DNA of 63,629 nucleotides, the filler included, from Chiloscyllium plagiosum (Eukaryota), in assembly GCF_004010195.1 (NCBI RefSeq). It is 4 parts of one record of this genome, joined end to end, with 100 filler letters (N's around TTAATTAATTAA, not from the genome) between each part and the next. Parts side by side here need not be neighbours in the genome. Positions count along the whole stretch, not along the records: positions 33,392 to 52,793 come from NC_057711.1; positions 52,894 to 63,629 come from NC_057711.1; 2 more parts are not named here. One strand, 5' to 3'. The notes beneath the pieces are model-generated. The model had not been told where the DNA came from. It was given only the letters and a program-made list of their open reading frames with translations, and did no database searches. Both the position numbers and the translations under genes were made by a program. Within the stretch, counting starts at the first letter, position 1. Each line of letters begins with the position of its first letter. Below, one piece after another: positions 52,486 through 63,629 of the stretch.

Positions 52486-53900
52486 GGCAAGAACATTCGA
52501 AAGCTGATTGGTGGCAGATGTTCGCAGTTAGAGGGACGGCTGGAAAATGGGAAGCCTTCAGAAATGAGATAACAAGAATCCAGAGAAAGTATATTCCTGT
52601 CAGGAGGGAAAGGGATGGCTGGTAGGTATAGGGAATGCTGGATGACTAAAGAAATTGAGGGTTTGGTTAAGAAAAAGAATGAAGCATATGTCAGGTATAG
52701 ACAGGATAGATCGAGTAAATCCTAAGAAGAGTATAAAGGAAGTAGGAGTATACTTAAGAAGGGAATCAGGAGGGCAAAGAGGGGACATGAGACNNNNNNN
52801 NNNNNNNNNNNNNNNNNNNNNNNNNNNNNNNNNNNNNTTAATTAATTAANNNNNNNNNNNNNNNNNNNNNNNNNNNNNNNNNNNNNNNNNNNNTTTTTGA
52901 AAATCTAATCAAATTGAAGTTTGGTATGTTGATGCATCAAATGAGCTACATCCAGTAGTATTGAAGAGGTGGGAACAGAGCTAGTGAAAGAATTACTGAT
53001 TATTCTTCAAAGCTGGTTAGATTCTGGAAAGGATGCTACAGACTGGAAAGCAGCTATTGAAAGCAGTACGGAGAGGGAAAACCGAAAACTAAATAGTTTG
53101 GTGTCAGCTGCGAGAAAAGCATTGGAACCTTTTATAAGGAATGTGACAACTAGACACTTGGAGAACAATGATATGATTTGGTCGATTCAGCCTAGATTCG
53201 GGAAAGGGAAATTATCTTTGCTAAACCTTCTGCAGTTTGTGGAGATTGTCGTTCTGACATCGACAATTGAGAAGCAGTGGGAGTAGAGTGTTTGAATTTT
53301 CAGAAGAGGTTTGACATGGTTGAATACAGGTGAGTGGAGACTATTAGACTCATGGGTAGGTACGGTGGAATACACTGAATCGATTAAAAATTGGATAAAG
53401 GGTAAAATGTGTGGAAGGCCTGTGGTGTATCAGAAGCATCAGTGCTTGGGCAATGGCTATCACAAGGTATAAAATGAATCAGAGCGAAACAACAAACATG
53501 GTGATTCTCATTATTGTTTATTAAATGGTGAGAGTTTGGGAAGTGCTGTTGTTGAAAAGGACTTGGATGCCCTTGGTTATAAGCCAATAACAGAATTCAT
53601 ATAGGGCAGCAAGTAATTATAATTGTAAAGGATATATAGGCCGTTGAGCAAAATTATTAAAGTAATAGAGTAAATATATCTTACTCAATGGTCGTTTTTT
53701 TTTAAAGTGTATTTGGGGTATTGTGTACAGACTGAGTCTGCTTTATAAATAATGATCTCCATGTCATAGAGACAGTGCAAATGATTTTCAGCAGACTGAA
53801 CCCTGGCATGATGGGACCATCAGGAGGTAGTGCAGTAACTATATGTTTAACCTGTAGCACTGTGAGAGAATAAGAATTTGAAACTTGATGGGTATGGACA
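52486..53900 (+). mobile_element. CR1 fragments on either side of a gap
   Basis: KWEAFRNEITRIQRKYIPVR, WMTKEI; degraded RT after the gap. Confidence 0.75.
52794..52893. other. Scaffold gap with artificial spacer
   Basis: N44-TTAATTAATTAA-N44. Confidence 0.98.
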
Positions 53901-53909
53901 GACACTTAT

Positions 53910-54130
53910 TATGATGTTTCAAACAACTATTGACAAGGTGATAAATTGCAGATTTTCCATAGGATTCTCGATTCCCAATAGTTTACGCGCCTGTGCAGAA
54001 CACTCATTTCGATTGACAGAGATGTACGGGCTCTGAATGCACTTTAATGCGTAGTTACTGTGTGACCCTGCACTCAAAGCTACACTGTTCACAATCCTGT
54101 CAGAAGTTATAATACCTTCAGTCTGAAAGA
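53910..54130 (-). pseudogene. PKD1-like fragment continuing the 57-kb module
   Basis: NSVALSAGSHSNYALKCIQSPYISVNRNEC ~ DLVGLQHDAGPGALLHC...APYLSANASSW. Confidence 0.5.
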
Positions 54131-55559
54131 GTTAGCCATTCCTCACCTACTTGACTTTCAGAAAGAACATCACTCAGCTGTGGAAGATGCTTTTGAGACT
54201 GGTTTAAAAAATGGCTTAATTCCCACTGCCAAACAACCACGCTAACATAACACGGATGTATCATAGGTAATGACACGGATGTATCATAGGTATCATAGGA
54301 ATAACATGGAACAGTCCCTCTGTGCAGATCCTGCTCCATGTGTTTATGATATTGGAGCGTCTTTGACCCCTTCCTGTTCCTGTGTTAGTAATTTGAGAAG
54401 CTGAATGACCTCTTCCTGTTCCTTTGTACGTGACTCCAGGTGTAAAATGGATTGGTTCAGATCCCGTGTAAGTGACGTGTGGGGCTAAGGAAAGTCCTTG
54501 TCTTTCTGTGTATCCTCCGGGAGGGACTGAATGGGCTGTCCCTCTTCTTGCCCAGTTTTGATTGGCTGAATGGCTTCCCCATATTATTGTGAAGGCAGAT
54601 TGATGTACTGATTGAACTCCCCCTTTTACTGTAAAAATCTGTAGCACTGTTCCATGAATGTTACCAACAGCTTAACAGCATAGGCTTGAACGTTATCTCA
54701 GTCTTGTTGCAACCAAGACTGAAGGATGATGAAGTGTTCTGAATATTGAATATTGTGTATTCTGAATATTGAATATTGGAGAGTGAATATCCCCACTTCG
54801 GATTGATGCGAACTCAATGGACTGAGTAGCCTGCTTCCACACTGCAGGGATTCCCTGTTGACAAACTGGAGATGCCTGGGCTCAGGGAGCTACACTGAGG
54901 ATCTCCTGCAGTGATTTCCCACGGCTGAGATGATTGATGCCCACTGATGATAAACACCTTCCCTTGTGCTATGAATGAATCCAAACACTGGAGAGTTTGC
55001 AATGGAATCTGATGGTGTAATTTTGATCAGCCTCCTTGATGTTATCTTCAGTTAAATACTGCCGTGATATCATGGCCATTCATTCTCAGCTGAAACCTTT
55101 TGTTCACCTGTATCGCTCATATTGATAGGCCATGATATAGGAACAGGCAGTGGATTCTTCAAGCAGAGAGTAGTGAACGTCAGGAATGCTCTATTCCAAA
55201 GAGTCTGGGGAGCTCTAGCAGTACGTTGCCTCCAACTGCTCCTGTCTAGCAGGTTTGAGGGTCTGAATGGAAAATCAGAACATCAGGCTCAGAACCAGGA
55301 TTAGGTCGTTAAACACTATGAGCCTTCTCCACCAGGCACTAAGTTTGTGGATGATCAGGTTATGGTCTCAGCCCCACTATCCTGTTTGTATCCCATTATC
55401 CATGAGTCAATCTCTGTCAAATACTTAACGAATGCACTTTACATAAATGTAAACAAAAAGGCACCACATACCTCTGTGGAAGAGAATTCTCACTCAAAAG
55501 GCCCCTTTAGAATTACTTCTCATCTCTCTTACAGTGTCGTACAGCAGGCAACCCTGTCT

Positions 55560-56915
55560 ACGTAAATCACTCATTCCAATCTGATCTCAATCCATTTGCC
55601 AGAACTAGACTCATATCCGCTAAATCGTTCCTATTAATATGCACACCCAGATGCCTTTTAAATGTTGAAACTGTACCAGCCTCCATCACTTTCTCTGACA
55701 GCTCATTCCATACACACACCACAATCTGCATGAAACTTTTGTTCCTTTACGATCTTTCTCCTCTCATCTTAAGCCTTTATCCTATAGTTTTGGACTCCCA
55801 GATGCTGGGGAAAAGACCTTGCTTTCAGATTGTCCATGTCACTCACGATTTTATAAACCTCTGTAATGTCACACCTCGGCCTTCGTTGTTCCAGAGTAAA
55901 CAAGCCCTAGTCTGCCTAGCCTTTCCCTGTAGCTCATTCACTCCATGCTCGACAATATCATTGTAAAACCTTTCTGCACCCTCTCAAGATTAAAGGCATC
56001 CTTCCTACAGCAGACAGAACTGGATTAAACATAGTATTCTAAATCTGGCCTCACCAATATCCTGCCCTGTCGAAACATGATCTACCAACTCGCATACCCA
56101 ATGCGCTGACCAATAAAGGAGAAGAAAGTGAGGACTGCAAATGCTGGAGATGCTGGCACTTTTCCAGCAACACATTTTTCAGCACTGACCAATAAAGGCA
56201 AGCATCCCAAACCCCATCTTCACCACCCTGTCGACCTGCGACTCCACTTTCAAGGATCTATGAGCCTATACCTTTTTGTTCGACAACACTCCTCAGGGAT
56301 CCACCATTAATTATGTAAATCATGCCCTGTTTTATCTTATCAAAATGCAACACTACACATTTGTCTAAATTTAACTCCATTTGTCACTCCTTGGTCATCT
56401 GATCGAAGTCCCATTAAACTCAGAAGTAAATCTTGCTGACCACTGCATATCCAATATTGATATCATCGATAAACATAATAAAAAGACAAATATTTATATT
56501 CAAATAATTTATATAAATTACAAATGCAGCAGACTCAGCACCTTGTGTTACACCACTGGTCACAGTGCTCCAGTCTGAAAAGCTGTCCGCTACCACCCTC
56601 TGACTCCTAATTTCATTTTAATTTTGTAGTCGATTGGTTAGCTCATCTTGGATCTATTTGTCATCCAACCATACGATCTTGTCTGCCATGTGGAATCCTG
56701 TCGAATACCTTGCTGAGGACTGTATGGATAGCATATACCAAACTGCCTTCATTTTTTCTTGCCACCTCCACACAAAACGCAATCAATTTTGTTAGACACG
56801 ATTTCCCATGCACAAAGTCATGTTGACTATCCCTAATCAGTAGCTGCATCTGTAAATGCATGTAAATCCTATCCTTCACAATCCTCTCCAGCAACGTACC
56901 CACGTCAGGCTCATC
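55560..56915 (-). mobile_element. Old CR1 RT/3' fragment
   Basis: LIRDSQHDFVHGKSCLTKLI...SKVFDRIPHG; small Penelope-like insert at 56120-56184 with 14-bp TSD. Confidence 0.8.
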
Positions 56916-56944
56916 AATCAATAACTTAGGTCACTATGCCCCTT

Positions 56945-57780
56945 ACTCGTCCCATACTTCCACTGATCACTGTAAATGTTAATATAAATAACTTGGTGAT
57001 ATGACAAACAATATAGGTCTCAGACTGGGCCAGAGTTAGGAACAAGTCAGGTAGGATTCTTTAATCTGCTACAATTGACAAGTTTATGACCCAAACAAAG
57101 TTACTCAAACTACGATGGAAAGATGAATGACAAACATTTTGGATCGTGCAAATCTGAGAACCGGTGTTTCCCTCTCTAAAAATACTGACGCATGCACACG
57201 TTTGATGACAAACTGAAAAACAAAATCTATGCCGAGAGTTAACTTGAAAGAACTATGATCAAATATTTATTGAAGTCATGATGACAGAAAACATGAGTGA
57301 TGGTTCCAAATATCATTCAGCTTATGGAGCTATTCTGCTCTTACAAGCTACTGGTAATGGGATAACCTCCTGGAACAGGTGGATTTAGCTGAATTCCCTT
57401 TACTTCAGCAAGTGGGGTGATTCCAGTGATTCCTCGAAAGGAATCGTCCATGAGTGGTAAAGATGACTGAGGAGTTTTCAGGTCACACACATTGCTGGGA
57501 AAAAGAAGACGGAGAGAGGGAGCAACAGGCTGTTTCTTCTCAGGAAGGTTATATTTCCCCACTCTCTGAGTTGAATCACATATTAACGTTATCCAGTCGC
57601 AAACTGGACCAAATGAGGTCTCTTTGAACAGTGTCTGAACTGTACGATTCCATCACGTTCCCTGCTCCATGTAGGTACGTCATTGCTGCCGTCGGACACA
57701 CAGTCATTTCTTTCATAACAAATCGCCCCATTAGATTTGAAGATGTGTTTCCATGTTCCCGTACACTTTTATAATACAAC
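56945..57780 (-). pseudogene. PKD1-like C-type lectin domain plus following linker and Cys-rich segment (best-preserved module)
   Basis: CTGTWKHIFKSNGAICYE (57712-57765) ~ CPSDTEIFPGNGHCYR; SDTVQRDLI...NVNM*F ~ SPAVQRFLV...LDVWI; NVCDL...ITPLAEVKGI ~ YVCEL...LTPLAQQDGL; MIFG ~ MVFP; ICTIQNVC ~ WCPGANIC; LTFTVISG ~ FLFSVPAG. All in the PC1 order. Confidence 0.7.
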
Positions 57781-58220
57781 TTTCAATACCTTCACAATAT
57801 CCGTACAAAAGTGAATACATTTTTATTCTTAAATTATTTCCCCAGTCTTATTCTCTCATAGAAGATAAAATATTCATCAGGTATTCACCAGCTCAAAATC
57901 GTACATGGTCAATAAGAACATTTCTCATTGTCAAGCCTAAACTTCTGATTGTTCAAAACATAATGCCTTCATCGCAAGAACGAATAAAGAGAAACATCTT
58001 TAAAAGGTTTCAAAAGCAACTTTTTTTTATTTCAGTGGTCTTACAACCCACACACAGTACATCAGATGCCGTCTCAGCAATGGCGTGTTCAGATGCAGTA
58101 AAACAACCTTAAAATCATACCTGATACCCTTTGCAAGAAAAAATATAATTCCATCAATTTTCGAAATCACGTGCTGCATCTATAGATGAACTTGTTGCGA
58201 TATTTGTACCAGAACACACG
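57780..58220 (-). pseudogene. PKD1-like fragment (PKD-domain-like segment)
   Basis: HVISKIDGIIFF ~ DVVSPVAGLRVI; EIKKSCF*NLLKMF...DEGIMF ~ RFENVCPALVATF...NDTLF; HVRF*AGEYLMNI resembles the PKD H-x-Y-x-x-x-G-x-Y strand. Confidence 0.45.
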
Positions 58221-58959
58221 AATCCCTTTGTACCACTAAATTCGGCATTCTACCTCCAGTTATACAATTTACTGTTGTTTTATGCTTCCTCCAAAACATC
58301 TTCCCATCACTGACATTGTACATTTTTTGCGCGTAATTTTTGCTCACGACCCTGCCCTGTCTGTATCTCCTTGCAGACTCTCTGCCACCACTTCACATCT
58401 TATTGAATGTTTATGCTGTTGTATGAGCAAACTGAGATCCAATACATTCCGCCCCTTCATCCAAATCATTAACCGAGATTGTAAACTGTTCAGAAACTCA
58501 CACTGATCCCTCAGGAGGTCCACTAGTTACAGCTTTCCAACCTGTAAACAAGCAATTATCTCTTCTCCATATTTCCTGGTAGCTAACCAGGGCTCCCTTA
58601 GAAAATTTGCATCGCCTCAAGCTATACTGTGTAGTTGATTGTCGATTTGTTCCTGAGCTAAGCCGTTCTCCATTCGGGTCATCTGTTGTCATATGATCAG
58701 GTGGAGTTCGTACCGTCAATGATCCTGATCCCTGACAGTTTAAAAGATGAGCACAGAATATAGACTAACGTTTGACGGGATTGTTACCAGGTCAAAAATG
58801 CTGTCTTTTAGATGCAGTAGTAGAACTCTACTGCAATATCAGTCATTTGCTCAAATTTCACCAGACAGACACTGATGAGGTGGGGAGATTTCCTGTTAGC
58901 TTGATTAGCATTCATCCATTTAACAACACAAACAACAATCTTACATTAAAATAAAATAT

Positions 58960-59350
58960 TGTCTTTGAGAGGGGACCTTATAGAGGTTTATAAAATCTTG
59001 AGGGGTAGGAATAGGGTAAGTAGGCAAAGTCTTTTACCTGGGGTAAGAGAGTCCAGAACTAGAGGGCATAGGTTTAACGTGAGAGGGGAAAGATATGAAA
59101 GGGACCTAAGGTGCAATTTGTGCACACAGAGTATGATGTGTGTATGGAATCAGCTGCCAGAGGAAGTGATGGAGGCTGGTGTGATTACAACATTAAAAAG
59201 TAATCCAGATGGATATATGGAAAGGAATGATTCAGAGGGATATGGGCGAAATGGTGGCAAATGAGACTAAATTACTTTAGGACATCTGGTTGGCAAGGAT
59301 GAGTTGGACTAGAGAGTCTGTTTTTCTGATATATATCTCTATTACACTAT
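58960..59350 (+). mobile_element. CR1 3' fragment
   Basis: LRGDLIEVYKILRG...ESRTRGHRF...VWNQLP. Confidence 0.85.
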
Positions 59351-60109
59351 GTCCAAATCCTTCATTCTGTTCCTGTGTATCTCATTAGAGGGGCAAAATG
59401 ATCTCCTCCTGCCTCAGTGCAGAGATACTGACTGGATGAATAGGGTCTCCCTCTCCCAATCTAACAGCCTCAATGTGTGCAGTGAGAGAACATGGGATAG
59501 GTGATCCAGCCGGCTGCTGAGTTTATAAAGATCCTGGCTGGTCTGTTTGCGACTGAAAAGCCCTTTCCTGTCTATTGTCAATGAACACTGATTTCCCTGT
59601 CCCACAAAGGTCAGTCAAGGTCAGACTTGAATATCTTCAATGACCGAGTCTTCACTGTTCCCGGGGGATGAGAATATCACAGACAATCACAAGGAGATAG
59701 GAACATCCGTTTCTCAATCTCGGGGAACCTCTAAATCTAAAAGTGTATGAATACAGAGCAAGTCACCTTCTCTTTTATTTTAGAAATGAGGGCACAACCA
59801 ATTGGAAAGATATAGACCATCCAGCCCCACAAACCTATCCCCCCTTCCTATTGACTCTGTTCATTAAAGTATTTATCAAACTCAGCCTCCACTGCTCTCT
59901 TGGGTCAACATTTCCGATTGTGTTAACCATGAATTGGACTGTTTGGGCCATCGAGTCTGATCAGCTGTTCGATCATCACTGATATATTTCTCAACAAAAT
60001 GTTCCTACCTTCTCACTGTAACCCTTGATCCCCTTATCAATCAACACGTACCTCTGACTGAAAAAAAACAGAACTGTGTCTGTGTCTCTGCATGTCTGTA
60101 TGCGTGCGA

Positions 60110-60710
60110 GTGTTTCTGCTTATTGACAGTAGACAGAGGGTGGTGGAAGAGGTTGTATTTTGGACTGGAGGCCTGTAACCAGCGGCGTTCCACAGGGTGT
60201 AGTGCTGAATCCACTTTTGGTTTACATTTATATCAATGATTTCGATGAGAATTATAGAAGGTATGGTTAGCATGTTTACGGATCACACTAAAATTAGTTA
60301 TATAGTGGAAGGTGAAGAAAGTTACATAAAATTACAAACAGATCATGATTATTTGGATCAATGAATCATAGAGCTGTGCAGCGCAGAAGCAGAACTTTTG
60401 GTTGAACTCATTCGTGTCAACCAGATGTTGTAAGTTAACTTAGTTTTATTTTTCAGCATTTCTTCCATATCATGTCCACATCCAGATCCCTTTTAAATGT
60501 TGTAATTGTACCAGCCTCCACCACTTTTCCTGGCAGCTCTTTGCATGTATGCATCAGCCTCTGCATGAAAATGGTCCCCTTAGGTCCCATTTAAATCTTG
60601 TCCAACTCACCTTAATACTATGTCTTCTGGTTGTGGACTTCCCTACCCTGGAGTAAAGACCCTGACTATTCACCCTAATATGGTCTTCATGATGTTATAA
60701 ACCTCCAGAA
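60110..60710. mobile_element. Two opposed CR1 fragments
   Basis: Plus-strand [20 protein letters not shown]; minus-strand 3' end from about 60362. Confidence 0.7.
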
Positions 60711-61199
60711 GGTGCAAATGTGACTCCAACCAACACGAAATGCTGTATTTTCAGTCATCCCAGGCCTAAATTCTGAAATTCAATTATGACACCTCTTCCT
60801 TCTCCATGATATCACAATTCTAAAGTCATTTTAATCAAATTGTTCAGCCACATTATGAAACACCTCTGTGGGATTTGAATCTAGACTTTTGGGCTTACAC
60901 TACCACTACTTGGCAATAGTCCCAAAAGCTGCAAAATTATTCTCGTGTGCGTTTTTTCATCAGCCTGTTTTGAAATACTGTGACATACCTCCGTGACAGG
61001 TAGGACTTGAATCTAAACCTTCTGGTCCAGAGTGAGAGACACTATCACGCAAGTTCAGGTATAGGAATCTAACCCAGAGCTCTGGCTTAGCTGCATGGGC
61101 ATTGCATAATACACAAGTCTTAAACCATTCCCAGATTTTGGGTCGCATTTTAAATGTCAGCTTTCGGCTCTGTGTGGATTCATTAAAATTTGGTTCACT

Positions 61200-61770
61200 T
61201 TTACTGAATTACACAGTTAAAAGAATTACATTGCTTAACAGATGAAAGGTACTCACCTCAAATATAGGATGTTGAGTGTATGTGCTCTGCCTTCGAGTCA
61301 AACTATGAAGATCTTTAATTGTTTGCCTATGATTTCCACCTTAAGTGGCTATTATCTGACATCTGCAATAGAATATAGAACATAGAACATAGAAGAATAC
61401 AGCGCAGTACAGGCCCTTCGGCCCTCGATGTTACGCCGATCCAAGCCCACCTAACCTACACTAGCCCACTATCCTCCATATGCCCATCCAATGCCCGCTT
61501 AAATGCCCATAATGAGGGAGAGTCCACCACTGCTACTGGCAAGGCATTCCATGAACTCACGACTCGCTGAGTAAAGAACCTACCCCTAACATCTGTCCTA
61601 TACCTACCCCCCCTTAATTTAAAGCTATGCAATATGAGGGAAAGACATCCTGTAGACACACTCTGCACTATAAAGGATGTGGAACAGATACTTTTCACTG
61701 AACACCAGAGATGAAGAAAGAGTATTCTTTCTGGATCAAATAAAGCAATCACTCTTTCCCACCTGTAACG
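61200..61770 (-). pseudogene. PKD1-like fragment (region after the Cys-rich/LDL-A-like segment), split by a young CR1 insertion
   Basis: Removing the CR1 and one TSD copy gives the continuous frame WERVIALFDPERILFLHLWCSVKSICSTSFIVQSVSTGCLSLILQMSDNSHLRWKS*, resembling PC1 GDLVGLQHDAGPGALLHCS...APYLSANASSWLPHL...TW. Confidence 0.5.
61371..61627 (-). mobile_element. Young 5'-truncated CR1 with 7-bp TSD
   Basis: TGCAATA at 61364-61370 and 61628-61634. Confidence 0.92.
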
Positions 61771-61849
61771 TGGGACTGCCCTCTTCTTAAAAGCACGAAA
61801 TTATCCAAGGCAGCGGTCTACTTTCAAACCTTTCTTCCCCAGTACTATC

Positions 61850-63629
61850 ACTCACTGGGCTGAGGACTGGCAGATGGAATTTAGTTTCGATAAATACAAG
61901 GTACCAGAATTTGGTAAAACAAGCAACGAGAGGACATATAGAATTCAATGTTAGGCAATTGGTAGCGTTGTAGAACAGAGGGTTCTCGTGGTTTTGGTAT
62001 ATTTATTTGAAGTTTGCATCATGTGTAGGCAGGGTGGATATGAAAGGGTTTGATTTGCTGTCCTTCATTGCTCAGACCTTTGAGTATAGGAGATGGAACA
62101 TTATCTTCAGGTTGTGCTGAGATTCGTGAAGTCTCTCCTGAAGTTCTGTGTACAGTTCTGGTCACCCAGTCACATTGAGGATATTATTAAACTGGAGACG
62201 GTTCAGAAAAGATTTACCAGAACGTTGCTGGGAATGCAGTGTTTATGTTATAAGAACAAGCTGGATGGACAAGGACCTTTTCCACTGCAGCGTAGGCGGT
62301 AGAGACCTTATCAATGTTATAGAGGTTTATAAAACAATGAGAAGTATAGATAATGTTGAATGGCGGGTTTCCTTTCCTTAGGGTGGTGGACTTCAACACT
62401 AGGGTATGATTTTAAGATGAGAGGAGTAGGTTTTACAGAAGACATAGTGTCATAGAGCTGTCCAGCATAGAAACAGACATTCCTATCCAACTCGTCCCTA
62501 CTGACCAGATGTCCTACAGTAATGTAGTTCCTTTTGCTAGCTTTTGACACATATCCCCCTAAACGCTTCCTATTCATGTTCCCATCCAGATGCCTTTTAA
62601 ATATTGTAATTGTCCCAGCCTCTACAACGTCCTCTGGCAGCTCGTTACATACATAGCACCTCCTCTTTGAAAACGTTGCCCCTTAGATCCCTTTTAGTTA
62701 GTTCCCCTCTCACCTTCAACTTTTGCCCTTTAGCTTTGGAACGTGCTACACTGGGAAAAGAGATATTAGCTATTTACACTATTAATTCCACGTATGAATT
62801 TAAAATCCTCTAAGATCACCGCACCACCGCTAGTGGTCCGGGAAAATAACACCGGCCTATTCAGCCTCTCCATATATCGCAAAGCCTCCAACCCAAGCAA
62901 CATCTTTGTAAATCTTTTCTGAACCCTTTCAGGTTTCACACATCCTTCCTCCATGAGCGAGACTGTAATTGCATGAAGTATTCAAAATGGCCTAACCAAT
63001 GTCCTGTACAGTCGCAATATGCCCTCCCAACTGCTTTATTCAATGCACTGACCAACAACAACAAACATATCAAATACCTTCTTCACTATTTTATATACCT
63101 GTGACTCCACTTTCAAAGTATCATGAACCTGCATTCCAAGGTGTCTTTGTTTCGCAACACTTCCCAGGGACTTAACATTAAATGTCTAAGTCAAGCCTTG
63201 ATTTTCCTTTCTGAAATGCAGCATCTCATATTTACATAAAATAAAATCCATCTGTCACTCCTCAGGTCATTGGCCCATCTGATCAAGATCCTGTTTTAAT
63301 TCGAGGTGACTTTCCTCTTTGTCCACTGTACCTCCACTTTTGGTGTCATCTGTGAACGTACTAACCATTCCACCTATTTTCACATCCAATTTACTTCTAT
63401 AAATGGCCAACAGCAGTGAACCTAGCACCAATCGTTGTGGCACTCCACTAGTCACAAGTCTCCACTCTGAAAAGCAACCCTCCACCATCACCCTCTGCCT
63501 TCTACTTTCGAGCCAGTTCCGTATCCAACTGGCTTGTTCTCCCTGCATTCCGTGAGATCTAACCTTGCTAACCAGTTTCCCATGGGGAACCTTGTCGGAC
63601 GCCTTATGGAAATTCATATAGATCACGTC
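61850..63629. mobile_element. CR1 fragments (plus strand 61850-62435, minus strand 62440-63629)
   Basis: FCVQFWSP...ETVQKRFTR; IYMNFHKASDKVPHG...VTSGVPQ...FTDDTK. Confidence 0.85.

Larger units (their letters stand above)
4330..61770 (-). pseudogene. Envelope of a fragmented, highly degraded polycystin-1 (PKD1)/PKDREJ-like pseudogene, interrupted by many transposons
   Basis: More than 10 separate non-repeat islands give minus-strand translations resembling successive parts of human polycystin-1 (see sub-features), ending in REJ-like sequence at the low-coordinate end. Stops and frameshifts throughout. By-eye comparison only. Confidence 0.65.

Noticed and set aside
29301..52893. TTAATTAATTAA motif recurring three times
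   Set aside because: Always centred in 100-nt N runs; an artificial scaffolding spacer. ORFs crossing these gaps are artefacts.
57345..57494. Apparent 150-nt coding exon on the minus strand (pyrimidine tract-AG ... GTAAGA, open frame)
   Set aside because: Polycystin-like similarity continues past both putative splice sites, and neighbouring segments carry stops and frameshifts, so it is better read as part of a continuous fossil ORF. RNA-seq could still show exon use.

Overview
Repeat-dense vertebrate genomic DNA, very probably a shark or other elasmobranch (HE1-type V-SINEs, abundant CR1 LINEs). No intact host protein-coding gene is visible. Most of the window is nested retroelements: several CR1 families, Penelope-like fragments carrying minimal hammerhead-ribozyme motifs, a Gypsy pol plus LTR, Rex1-like and Tx1-like LINEs, and an env-containing endogenous retrovirus at about 46.8-52.5 kb. 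There is also a 64-bp GC-rich minisatellite and three 100-nt scaffold gaps. Main discovery: many of the non-repeat islands between the transposons, read on the minus strand from about 61.8 kb to about 4.3 kb, translate (with many stops and frameshifts) into colinear pieces of a polycystin-1 (PKD1)-like protein. The N-terminal C-type-lectin / Cys-rich / PKD-like module appears to repeat at least 4 and perhaps 5-6 times, followed by PKD-like and REJ-like sequence. Homology seems to run straight through positions where PKD1 has introns. This suggests an ancient, apparently intron-poor, module-amplified PKD1/PKDREJ-like gene, now a transposon-fragmented pseudogene. All protein comparisons were made by eye against remembered human polycystin-1 and retroelement motifs; no search was run, and element boundaries are approximate unless a target-site duplication (TSD) is given.
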